Assembly: GCA_964016885.1 (NCBI GenBank)
Contig: OZ024749.1
Location: 17,670,001 to 17,734,000 of the forward strand
DNA: 64,000 nucleotides
Origin: Eledone cirrhosa
Lineage: Eukaryota
Direction of reading: 5' to 3'
The position numbers were made by a program, and so were the translations under genes. The notes below the pieces were generated by a model. The model did no database searches, was not told where the DNA came from, and saw only the letters and a list, made by a program, of their open reading frames with translations. This document shows positions 23,537 through 36,034 of this stretch, in pieces. Positions within the stretch are counted from its first letter, which is position 1, and each line of letters opens with the position of its first letter.

Positions 23537-26500
23537 CTAGCATGGGTTAGACAGGAATTGTCCTCCTTGAGGCAAGATTGATCGGGTACTGCGTCTCGCT
23601 CATATAGGACTGTATCTGGCATGTTTTCTATGGCTGGATGCTCTTCCTAACACCAACCACATTTCCAGTGTGGACTGTGTGGTTTTTCGTCATGACACCT
23701 ACACAATCTCTTTAGTTTGGACTGGATGTTGTTGTACCAACATAACTTTACAGTTGGTGGGAGTTGTGGGTTGGGGTGTATATTTGGTTAGGAGGGGCCT
23801 ACTGACTGTAGGGAAGGCAAGTCTCCTCTGTTACTGTGTGGCACCATATATCTCGATCCAGTGACATTTTTAAGAGAGGTGTAAGTGTGCAAGGTTGGAT
23901 TTTATGTCGTCCCAGGTTTTTCTGGTCTACCTACTCCGTAACTTCCATCAATTTTGATCACCCTGCACTTTTTTATAAAGATGTCGTCTTTCATGCGCAT
24001 CACGTAACCATACAAACGTAATCTTTGCTCAAATAAACAGCATCTTATCCCTCTTATTCCTAATTCTCACTTATTTCGTTTATGTTTTGCTGTTTATGTA
24101 TATTACAATTACACGTCCAACGGAGCATGCATGCTTCGTTCCTTTCCAATCTGCACAGGTCCTCTGCACATAATGCCCATGTCTCACTGCCATATAACAT
24201 TGCTGTTCGTAGGCACGCATCATACAATCTGCCTTTCATTTTTAGAGAGAAACTTTTTGTGTCTAGCAGCAGTATTAGCTCTCTGAGCTTTTCCCATCCC
24301 GTTCTAACTCTGGCTACTACACTTTCAGAGCACCCTCCATCACTGCTGATTTTGTCACCCAAGCAACGGAAAGTGTCCACTATTTCTATAGAACCATCTG
24401 GGCAGTAGAAGGTGCTAGTAACCTGTGGTTACTTGCTGCTTATTTCAGATGTGCATCGGCCACATATAAAATCTACATTCTTAGATAGCTTACCTGTGAT
24501 CTCACTACATTTTATATGTACCCATAGTTTGCATTTGGGACATAAAATGGAATTTCTACCTACTCCTTTCCTACACACTGAGCATGGCCATTTCCCAGAG
24601 GGCACCAGTGCCCTATTTTCTTTTCTACTTACTAGACCTTTAGTCTTAGACAAGTTAACTTTAAGGCCTTTTGATTCAAGGCCATGCCTCCATTTTGGGA
24701 ATTTGTTCTCTAGTTCAGCCATAGATTCAGCTATGAGAGTTAGAGCATCTGCATATAGAAGTTCCCATGGGCAGTTGGTCTAAAACCCCTGTTATAGCCT
24801 GAAGGGCAATAATAAACAGGAGGAAGCTATGGATGGGGCCTTGCTGAACATCTACTTTTACGCTAAATTCTTCACTATATTCATTGTTAATTCTAACCTT
24901 GCTGACTGTTCCTCTATACATGGCTTGTATAGCTCTCACAAGCCATTCATCTACTCCTACTTTTCTAAGGGCCCACCAGATAATGGAGCGGGGGACTCTG
25001 TCAAAGGCTTTCTCCAAGTCAACAAAACCTAAGTATAAGGTGTTTACTTTTAGCTTGTTTTTTCACCTGTAGTTGCTGTACAAGGAAAAATCATCTGTGG
25101 TACTTTTTACCTGGCACAAACTCAAACTACATTTCATCTAGATCAATTCGATCTCTGATTAGTTATGCAATAACTCTTTCTGTGACCTTCATGACCTGGT
25201 CAACTACCTTAATGCCTCTATAGTTTCCCCTATCTAGGGCATCTCCTTTACCGTTGTAGCAGTTAACGATGATGCTGCTACGCCAGTCTTTTGGTATGAC
25301 CCTGTTCTGTATTATTTGGTTTACTATCTGGGTGTCCATAGTATGTCCCACCATTTCAGATGCTTTCAACATCTCAACAACTATCTCCGAAGGCCCAGCT
25401 GCCTTGCTTGTCTTCATATCTTTGATTGCCTTACTTATTATACTACGATTAACTTGCACCGCTGGTCCCTCTATTGGATCAATTTGGGGCAGACTATCTT
25501 TTTCCCATATATTCTCCTCATTTAATAGTCTCTCGTAGTAACACTTCCAAGCTACCTTCTTACCTGTATCAGTGAGGGCAAGTACACCATTATCGTTATG
25601 GACACACTTCTCCCTGACAATATCACGGTTTTCCTTGACACTTTATTTTGCGATCCTGAACACCTCACGTTGTAGAACATGCTTGAACTTTCTATCCTCT
25701 GCTTCCCTTCTTGCAAAGTACACTTGTCTCCTAGCCACTTGATAATGTTTTCTTCTTCCCCCATACTTTCCAAGCCTACTTTTTGGCCCTGATTGACTCC
25801 TCCACTCTTCTCCTGCCTATAGGTCTGCTCCAGCAACGGATTTCATCTGTCGCCTTTAGCAGGTTAACTTTCAAGAAAGCCCACTGTTCCTCTATATTGT
25901 ACATCTCTAATTGCTCTTCATTACTGTCAAAAGCATTACCTAATATGCTTTTAAATTTGTTACTGGCTGTAGGGTCCTTCAACTTCCATATCCTTCTCCT
26001 CAAGGTAGTCCTCCTCTGTCATTCATTACATCTAGTCCTGACTATGAGGTCACTAACTACTAGGCTATGTTGGGAGGTGAATTCTTCACAGGGGAAGGAC
26101 TTAGTGTTTACAACAGACACTCTGTCATGTCTTCTAGTTAGGATATCGTATATCTGGCTGGCGTGTTCCCCTGATGTACAGGTGATCAAGTAATTGTCTC
26201 GTTATTTGAAGTTTGTGTTACAGATAGTTAGGTTATTAGCGTCACAAATTTCCAGGATCCCGAAGCCTTCCTCATTTCTAGCATGAAACCCATAGCCTCC
26301 ATGGATTCCATCATAGCCATCACAACGTTTTCCAACGTGACCATTTAGGTCACCAGCAATAATTATGTAGTCACTGTTGGTTATTTGAGAGGAAGTGAGC
26401 ATTAGCGAATCATAGAACCTGTCTTATATAACATCAAGTAGGCCAGATTGGGGTGCATAAGTGGATATTATTGTCACAGTTGTTCTATTTAGAACTAGTC

Positions 26501-26660
26501 TTATTTTAATTATTCTGTCGTTCACTCTATTTATGGCAATTACCGTAGCTACCCATTTCTCTGCTAACATAATTCCTACTCCACCCAGTCCTTTGTCATT
26601 TCCCATCCAGAGAGGTTTATAGCATTATTTTTACCCACACACCCCTCCACCTACTCTCTT
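23537..26660 (-). mobile_element. Near full-length decayed RTE LINE (APE endonuclease, RT with PHD-finger insert, 3' UTR)
   Basis: GGVGIMLAEKW, STYAPQSG, AGDLNGHVG (APE); EKAFDRVP (RT); CSVC-CPKC-HIKC-CGRC; MLYGSETW. Confidence 0.92.
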
Positions 26661-28399
26661 GAACATATATATATATATGTATATGATTTCTATATATATA
26701 TACTACATACATACACTATATATAATGTTGTCCAAAGGAATGGCTGAAACAGATTGACACCAATGATGTCACAGCTCATCATTTAATGTCCAATCTGATG
26801 AGTTCCACTCCACTTGCTAAGGTCTGGGATGTTGAGATTTGTTACAAAAATATCACTAAAACCAAGATACTGTGTTGGTATAACTACCTGGTTTGTATGT
26901 GTTGTGATGTGGTATGATATGTGTTGGATGTGGTGTGGTATGATGTGTCTGTTGTGTGGGATGGGGTGTGTATTGTGGTGTTTGGATGTGGTATGTGTGT
27001 GTAGAGTGATGTGTTGTTGTGTGTAGCGTATAGGAGAAATTTTACAAACATAGGACGGAGAAGGGGTGTGTGAGGAGTCTAACCCCTACAACCCTCTCAG
27101 GAATGGGTGAAGAAAAAGAGAAGTATTTTCAAATGTTAATTATTTTTTTAAAAAGTCCTAATTTGAATTCTCATTTGAATTACCATCTAACAAATATTAA
27201 AGTTATAAAATTGTTTTATTTACACATAAATGTAGATATTTTGTCACAAATATAAATATAAACCAGTTAAGGTTTATAAAATACACACATTGATCTTTTG
27301 CTGTTTTTTGTTCAAATGATGGAGTCATAGGGGTGTCACTGTGGACATTTGAAGCTTGGTGGAGCCCTTCACTCACCAGATTGGAACAGTTGATTACTTC
27401 CAGAGAAGGAGAGAGAATGAGAGAGTGGAAGTGAGATAGAAATATAGAGAGGAAGAACAGACCCCAGTGATAGACTGGTATTGTTTTTTATCAACCTTGA
27501 ATGGACAAAAGAAAGTTGACCTCAGCAGGATTTAAACTCAGAGAGCAGAGAACCAGGACAAATATGGCAGAAAGCATTCTATCTATTGTTTTATAGACTT
27601 TAAATAAATATTTCTACTTTTAACTCAAGGTCAGTAATTGGAAGGGAAGGAGAAAGTTGATTAAATCAACTCCAGTGCATTACTGGTATTTGAATTTATT
27701 GAACCTGTAAGGAAGTAAAGCTAACCTCAGCAGGATTTTAACACAGGATGTAAAGAGCTGGAACTATATGAGACAAAGCATATCGTCTGACACTCTACTG
27801 ATTCTGTGTCTATATAAAAAAACATTAATAACAAATAATATGAAGTAGAACTTCCTACAAAGAGTATTTGTGGATTACAATTCAAAACCTCTGAGAATGA
27901 TTTCCAACATATTTCACCATAATAAATGTACATTAATTTGTGTAAACCCTTGTGGTTAATAAAGAAATCATTAATATATATTATTATTATTATTTATTAG
28001 GTCAGGTGGATTGGCCAGAACAATTCTACCCTTCTTTTTTAGATGTCACGATCTTCCATGGCATTCCTGAGATCATTAATCTCCAGCTGGACATCCTGAG
28101 AGATCTGATCTATGTAGGTCAATCTCAGTCATCCCATTAGGGTCCTACTATGTTTAGATATCCATCACAGGCGCCAGCTCATCAGGTCATCCTACTGTCA
28201 GTAGCAATGTCCAGCATATCTTGTCGTCCGCTCCCTAGTTATTGTGGTAAATATATGTCAGTATATTTCTTCCTTTTCAGTAATATATTAAATAATAAAA
28301 ATAATAAAATATACATACACACACATATATGCTTCACATTTTATATTCTTCCTTCTGCATATTTGTGTGCATATTTGTGTGTTTCACATTTCACATTGA

Positions 28400-28888
28400 T
28401 GGGGTTTAACACTTGTGAACAACCAGCGAAGAATTCCAAGTGAAAGATTTCCCACATATTTCACATGATGAATAAGGTTTTTCTCAAGTGTGTGTTGTTC
28501 TATGTGTTTTCATGACACTGTTGGAGACAAAAGATTTCCCAGATATTTCACAATGGAGAACTTTTTCTCCAGTGTGACTTTGAATGTGGATGACAAGATA
28601 AGATTTACCACATATTTCACAGTGGTAGGCTTTTTCTCCAGTGTGTATTCTTTTGTGATGTACAAGAGAAGAAAAACGAGAAAAAGATTTCCCACATATT
28701 TCACATGAATAAGGTTTATCTCCTGTGTGTGTTGTTCTATGTATTTTCAGGTCACTGCTACAAACGAAAGATTTCCCACATATTTCACAATGGAAAGGTT
28801 TTTCTCCTGTGTGTATTTTCCCATGTGAGGATAGTTTCAGTTTTGAAGGGAAAGTTTTTCTGCAAATCTCACAGCTGTATTCAGACAT
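28400..28888 (-). pseudogene. Truncated C2H2 ZNF paralog (about 3 intact fingers, then broken ones)
   Basis: [32 protein letters not shown] start is homologous to 5483 and 45044; finger 4 has an internal deletion, a later finger has C>S, then an early stop. Confidence 0.8.
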
Positions 28889-29904
28889 ATTTCTAGCTAG
28901 TGATCTTTACATAAAGGATTCTTGCAATCTTCTACTCATATATTAAAAAATGTAGATATGGTTAATAGATGCTATGTAGTCTAAGATACAAAGAGTCCTT
29001 AAAATACTTCTCCTACAAAGTTGTAATGTAGCATTTAGTTGGTACAAGTAATAAGACACATGTCAGTGTAAGGCTGATCTTGGATGAAGAAAAAGCAAGT
29101 GCTTATATATATATGTGTGTGTGTGTGTGTGATTATTGTGGAGTATTCCACTATTATTTTTGATAAGGTGAGAGAAGCTCTATTCACAATAACATCCTCA
29201 GCTCATAAAACGGACGAATCAGTCTTCGTAATTTAAGGTTCTTGTTATTGAGGACAGTTCAGGTGACAAGAGAATCAATATTCATAATTTCAAAAGACCA
29301 AGGTTAATATATAATCAGACATACAGCGTGTAGGTATGAGAGAGAGAGAAATAGACGTGTGGGTGTGTGTTTGTAGAAATATGTGTGTAGGTGTTGTAAT
29401 AAATCAAGATATTTCAATTCAGATAGTAGAAAAGTTCACAATGTTTGTGTTGTGGTGGAAAACGAAATAATACGAACTTTAGTTTTCAAGACCAAATTTG
29501 TGTAAAGTCAAGAAAAGTTAGTAAAACTAAATGTTCACTGATTTCTGATTAAAATAATATTTTCCTGTCCTGTAAAATGTTGAATAACCACTTCAATATT
29601 TAATAATTCAGCTGATAAAACAACAACTATAAGGTAAATAAGTCACCCGATGTTATTTACAAACATTAACGTCCACCTTAATATGAAATAATCACCATAA
29701 AGGATAAAATTAGATGAGGTTTAAGTTGTAACAGTGGAGCTGATATAAATGGTAATATTTCACAGTCTAGATGGCACCGGTGACATGACTTAAAAGTCCC
29801 CTATATAATTTAATACATTCAGAAACAACTTCCGTTATGTTAATTCACACGTTCAATCGATATGTTAGTAATTTATTCAGATTTGTATAAATAACATTAT
29901 TAAT

Positions 29905-30092
29905 GCGGTGGATTGGCAGTATCGGTAGAGAGTCGGACGCCATGCTTTCCAGCATAGTTACGTCCCTTTACGGTCTGAGTTCAAATCCCGTCGAGGTTAA
30001 CTTTGTCTTTCATCCTTATGGGGTCGATAAAATAAAGTACCAGTAATGTACTGAGTATTTGCTGGCCTTGTGCCTAAAGTAGAAACAATTAT
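29905..30092 (+). mobile_element. tRNA-derived SINE, family A, full length
   Basis: GCGGTGGATTGGCAGTATCGGTAGAG...GAGTTCAAATCCCG...GTAGAAACAATTATTA; absent at the matching position of cassette 1 (~6375). Confidence 0.85.
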
Positions 30093-30191
30093 TAATTTTA
30101 CATAACTGTTCATATTAAAACAAAACACAATATTAAAGGTAATAAACTAGAAATGTAAAGAACGAAAAATGAATGAAGCTACTAAAATACT

Positions 30192-30372
30192 TGTTTCTAT
30201 TTTTGGCACAAGGCCAGCAATTATCCCAGTGCATTACTGGTACTTTATTTTATCGACCCCATAAGGATGAAAGGCAAAGTTAACCTGAGCAGGATTTGAA
30301 CTCAGACCTTAAAGGGGCGTGACTATGCTGCAAAGCATGTCGTCCGACCCTCTACTCATACTGGTAATCCAC
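30192..30372 (-). mobile_element. tRNA-derived SINE, family A, inverted relative to its neighbour
   Basis: Reverse complement of 29905-30092. Confidence 0.8.
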
Positions 30373-30744
30373 CTATTGGGAGAGGGACAGACACTATACT
30401 CCTGTCTGAGCTGTGACTCAACCCCTCCCTATCTTCCTCTTCTCTCTATTACAGGCAGTGAAGCCTGGGTTTGTGGCGCAGTCAAAAGGTTGGAGGCAGA
30501 GATCCAACCCATGCTAAACATCCAACTAATTCTGCTACTTGTCTTTTTCAGCTGTGGAGATTAGAGACATGAGACTTGCTTAAGGACACAATGTACCTCC
30601 CTAGCTGAGAATTGAACACATAATAGGATGTATGACTTCACTATATATATACATATATGTGTGTGTATAGACATTTATATATATGTGAGTGCATATGTAC
30701 ATATGCATACATATGTGCTATATATATGAAACAAACAAAGCATT

Positions 30745-31550
30745 TAATATTAGCTGTTGGAACATATGGACAATGCTTGACAGGGATTCCTCCGAACGTC
30801 CTGAGCGAAGGACTGCTCTTGTTGCAAAGGAGCTTCGTTGTTACAATCTTCACATCGTGGCTTTCTCTGAGACGAGGTTAGCTGGAGATGGTCCTCTTAC
30901 AGAATTTGTGGAAAATATACATTCTTCTGGAGATGAAGGAACCAGAAGAGAGGCTGGGGTAGCATTTGCTGTAAGACGGCTCTTGTGGATAAATTGGAAG
31001 AATTCCCACTGGGGATTAGTGAGTGTCTTATGTCCATGAGGATTCCGCTGGACAAAGGAAGACATGCGATCCTGGTGAGTGTGTGCTCCAACTATAAATT
31101 CTGTTGATGAAAAAAAAAGTGTCTTTCTACCATGAAAGGTTTTAAGAAATATCCCTCAGGCAGACAAGGTCATCATGCTTGGTGACTTTAATGCTAGAAT
31201 AGGTAGGGATTTTAACAGATGGAATGTAATCAAAAGGCATGGGGTGGGAAAGTGTAACAACAATGGTATGCTCCTGCTGCAGATATGTAAGGAGCTGGAT
31301 CTGTGTGTTACCATCAACATGTTCCAGAAAAGAACAAATTTAAGACCACATTGATGCATCCTGCATCTAAAGAATGGTATCTTTTGGAAGATTTCCTCAA
31401 TCTCATTCTTGAAAAACCTGTGAAAGTAGCTCTCGCAGAACCACCAATGCTTGTGGATGTTGCAGTAGCTAGCTCGAGGCTGAACAGTGGAAGGTCTCCA
31501 GGTATGGATGGCATACATGCAGAGCTCTTACTATATGGTGGTGAGAGTCT
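30745..31550 (+). mobile_element. RTE-BovB-like LINE, 5' part (APE endonuclease and start of RT)
   Basis: CWNIWTMLDR..RPERRTALVAKELRCYNLHIVAFSETRL, GDFNARIG, GRSPGMDGIHAELLLYGG; resumes at ~36035. Confidence 0.85.
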
Positions 31551-34500
31551 TGTAGAAGATCACGCCATCTAGCGTCGATTGTGAAGGCAATTGATTAACT
31601 GCCCTTAGTTCTGACGTCAGTAGCTGAGACAATAGCGCTCTTGGACGATGATAACTTGGAGGCGATAGACGTGTTTTCTCACGCAGTGATCCAAAAGACG
31701 TTGTGGTTTTATATGACGATATATCCCAACCTAGGAGCACTAATGTATTTGAATATATTCTGTAATTGCTCCTATTAAAAAATGTTTCTATAACATAAAA
31801 TTGAGGTATGTTCCTTCTTCCTTGTTTGACTATGTGCCAGTATACCATATCCAATTAGACAGGATGTCTGACCACCCCGCCTAACGTGGTGACCCCCGAC
31901 GATCAAGTAATAAAACGAGCCCTACTTAATTTCGCCATTCGTTTTAAATTGAAACAAAAAAAAAAGCAAATTTTTTTTTTCAAAATAGCTGACTGGCCAG
32001 CTAACATTCCCGCACATTCTTCGAATGCAACCATCTGATTGGCTTAGCCTCGTCACGCGACCATATTCTTGTTTTGGAAAAGAAAGGCAATGCCATCTTG
32101 TTTCATAATGACTGTTTTCATCCACAGATACCACCCTTCGGACTTTCGCTGCTATTTCTTGTACTGTGACTGAATTTCTTTTGCTTGCGGCAACTTAATG
32201 GATGTTGAGGGAAAATTGTGCTGCTTTCCCGTCACTTTGAACATTACTTACTTTTATTCGTCCATATGGAAATAGATTGACGATGAGTGGTCCTGGTTTG
32301 CCTGCATTCTCAGGTGATACTAAACTCTGGTTTGCGCAGCTGGACGCTTATTTTGCTGCCAATGAAGTGAAAACCGAGCAAAATCTCAACTTTTTAATAA
32401 GTGGTATTCCTTCTTCACTCGCTATAACAGTGAAAGATTTGATTACGAACCCGTCGGCCAGTATTTCCTATGATTCGTTGCGGGAAGAAATTCTTCGAAG
32501 GAACAGTCATTCTGCTGAAAGCAGATTTCGTTGATTGTTGGAGGACGAGTGTCTAGGCGATAGGTCACCGTCCGAATTTTTGCGCCACATTAGGGACCTC
32601 AGTGAATCGCCCGAACAGGATAATTCCTTTATAAAAAAATTATTTTTCTCTCGCCTGCCAAACAACGTCCAAATAATTCTGGCAAATATAGTGGACACCA
32701 GCTCTTTGGAGAAAATTGCTGCCTCCGCGGATCGAATCATGGAATTTTCTAAAAAGGCTACCGCCTCGGACTCGCGTATTGCTTCCTCTCATTTGAACCA
32801 GCCTGTCTCGACACGCGAGGATGCCGTGTTGAAGGCTATTGACGCTTTGACGCAGCAAGTCGCTTGATTATGCAGGGAGAATAGGCCGTACTCCCGGCGG
32901 CCTAGGAGTCGTTCGTGTTCTTTCGCGACTCCACGTCGGCGTACTACTTCGCCTGCCAGCAACCCATCATTGTGCTGGTATCATGCTACCTTCGCGGATA
33001 AGACAAATCATTGCCGGCCTCCGTGTAATTATTCGGCCTCGGGAAATGTGGATCAGAGTCACTAAAGGCGGCAAGTGAATTCTGCGAGACAAAACGGAAC
33101 CGCCATTTCTTCATTGAGGACCTCCTGTCTGGAAGAGCCTTCCTAGTGGATACAGGAGCTTCGTGCAGTATTTGGCCTGTTAATACTATGACAGTAACTC
33201 CTCCTGAGTCGTCGATTGAATTGCAAGCTGACAACCAGTCAACAATCAGAACTTTTGGACAGATCTCGCTTCCTCTTCAGTTCCGAAATCTTCGTTGGGA
33301 TTTCAAATGGGTGTTCACTGTAGCTGATCTGCCATACCTGATTCTGGGCGCGGACTTCCTGCACCATTTTTCTTTGACTGTCGACGTTCGTCACCAACGC
33401 CTAATCGACGATATTACTGGTTTTTCTCTTTGTGGCAGGACGGCGGAATTTTCTACAGTTAGCCCAACTTTCTTCATTGCTAACTCTGGAAACTCATATC
33501 ATGGGCTGTTGAAATCGTTCCCGCAACTGACTCATGAAAATTTTAGAGTCACTGATCCAGACCACGCCACGGAGAATTTTATCACTACAACTGGCGCTCC
33601 GGTTTTTCGCGTCCCCGTCGATTGCCAGCGGACAAACTGAAAGCAGCACGGTCCGAGTTCGATCATATGCTACAGCTCAGAATTATTCGTCCTTCCACGA
33701 GCCCGTGGGCATCTCCATTACACATGGTGCCAAAATCTTCTGGCGATTGGAGAGCCACCGGAGATTATAGAAGATTGAACTCGATGACCGTACCGGATCG
33801 GTATGCTATCCCTCATTTGCAGGATTTTGCATCCTCGTTGCAAGGTTGCAACATTTTTTCGAAGCTTGATTTGAAAGGAGTCTATAACCAAATTCCTGTC
33901 AACAGAGACGACATCCCGAAAACGGCTATAACTACGCCATTTGGATCTTTCGAATTTCTCACCATGCCTTTCGGGTTAAGGAATGCTGCTAGCACCTTCC
34001 AACGATTTATGGATGAGGTCACTCGCGGCCTCGACTTTGTATACACCTACTTGTTGCGAGCTCTTCTCCAGAACAGCATTTGTGCCATCTGGAACTTCTA
34101 TTTTGTCGTTTGAAGAATTACAATGTTCGGATTAATCCATCAAAATGTGTTTTTGGTTCCGAATCTTTGAATTTTTTGGGCCACGTCATTGACACTGACG
34201 GTATTCGACCTATTCCTGATAGAGTTAAAGCTATAGAGGATTTACCTCCACCAACCTCACTTCGTCAGTTGCGCCAATTCTTGGGGCTGATTAATTTTTA
34301 TAGGCGGTTTGTGCCTAATTGTGCTAAGCTACTCTTCTCTTTGACGGAAATTTTGAAAAATTGTTGAAAGAAAAATAAAGACATTTCTTTGAATGAAACT
34401 CAGCTCAAGGATTTTGAGAGTGTGAAAATTGCTCTAGCGTCTCTGCTGGCTCACCCAGTGTCCAACGCCAAGCTTTTGCTTTGTGTTGATGCATCGGATA

Positions 34501-36032
34501 CTGCCGTGGGCGCAGTTTTGCAGCAAAGTAGGAACGATCAACAGCAACCGTTTGAATTTTTCTCCAGGAAGCTGAAACCTGCCGAAACCCGCTACAGCAC
34601 CTTTGGACAGGAGTTGCTAGCAGTGAAACATTTTTCGCACATGCTTGAGGGAAGAACGTTTACCATGTTCACGGACCACAAGCCGTTGACATTCGCCTTG
34701 CAAGCAAACGCAGACAAATACTCGCCTAGAGAAACTAGACATCTTGACCTCATCTCTCAGTTTATAAATGATATTCAACATATTCCGGGTTATATGAATA
34801 CAGCGGCTGACACCCTGTCTCGTTTACCGATTACTTCGATCTCGTCGTCCGATAACATAGACTTGAATCGCTTGGCAGCCGATCAGCCTACCCTCGAATC
34901 GTTGGATGTTACATCACTTGAATTTGTGAATTGCAGGATGAAATACCTACCATTATCGACCGCAGATCGACGGATCCTCTGCGTCGTCTCTTTGGATACG
35001 CCACGCGCTTTTGTTCCGTTGAACCATCGTCGAACTGTGTTTCCTGTTTTGCACGGCATTTCACATCCTGGATCTTCTGCCACAGTAAAACTCATAACAG
35101 CTAGATTCTTCTGGCCAAATATGAGACGTGAAATTACTATCTGGTGCCGTTCCTGTGTTGCTTGCCAGAAATCGAAAGTTCATAGATATATTAAGACTTC
35201 TCTTGGTACTTTTAGTAACCCGGTACGCCCGGTTTCGCCACATTCATGTGGACATCGTGGGACCTTGGCCCATCAGCCGTGGTTACAATTACTTATTGAC
35301 GGTAATCGATCGTTTTTCGCGATGGCCTGAAGCCATCCCCTTTAGGGATATCACTGCTGAGACCACAGCGCGTGCCCTTGTGTCTGGATGGATCGCCCAA
35401 TAAGGAGTGCCAACGTCAATTACCCCGGACCGTGGAAGGCAGTTTGAATCGAACCTCTTCCATGAATTGATTTAGATCATCGGCGCTAAATGCATCCGAA
35501 CGACTGCACATCATCCTGCCTCTAATGGAATGGTGGAGCGCTTCCACCGACAACTGAAAGCCGCTCTATGGACTTCTCTGGAGCAAGTACCTCCCTATTG
35601 TGTTGTTGGGGATTCGGTCAACAATAAAGGAGGACCTTGGGTTCTCCCCGGCCGAATTGTTATATGGTGCTCCTCGAGCGTTACCTGGGCAAATGCTTGC
35701 CCCTGTCAATCTTGCTAAACAGGATCCGCTTTCCTTCGCGTCGCGTCTGCGTTCTTATTTTCAGGACCTGCCGCCGATGGATACGAGGAAGCAAACTGTA
35801 CAATTTGCAGTCCCAAGGGATATTGCCTCGTGGACCCATGTGTTTGTGAGAAACGATGCCGTGAAACCACCTCTCACACAACCATACTCTGGACCCTACC
35901 GTATATTAGCTCGTTCAGAGAAACATTTCACTGTAGACATTAAGGGTTCCAGAGAGATGGTTTCGATTGATAGACTCAAACGAGCACATTTGGATACAAA
36001 TACTATCGCACCTGAGCCACAAACGCCCCCGT
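31551..36032 (+). mobile_element. Second CsRn1-like Gypsy element nested in the LINE; 3' LTR missing
   Basis: Putative 5' LTR at ~31551-31886; PBS TGGTGACCCCCGACG at 31887; gag LWFAQLDAYF and CWYHx9Cx3C; VDTG, RT, DAS/TDHKPL and integrase GPY motifs; many stops. Confidence 0.92.
33041..33047 (+). promoter_or_regulatory. -1 ribosomal frameshift slippery site G GGA AAT (gag-pol)
   Basis: In gag frame just after the CHCC motif; the -1 frame is open from here to the protease VDTG at 33146. Confidence 0.7.
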
Positions 36033-36034
36033 CT

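Larger units (their letters stand above)
26700..30150 (-). repeat. ZNF cassette copy 3
   Basis: Collinear with 1990-6440, including the upstream block. Confidence 0.85.

Noticed and set aside
28140-28192. Minus-strand CTGATGA...TAAACATAGTA resembling a hammerhead
   Set aside because: G12 is missing, stem I does not pair, and the paralogous cassette copies lack the core.
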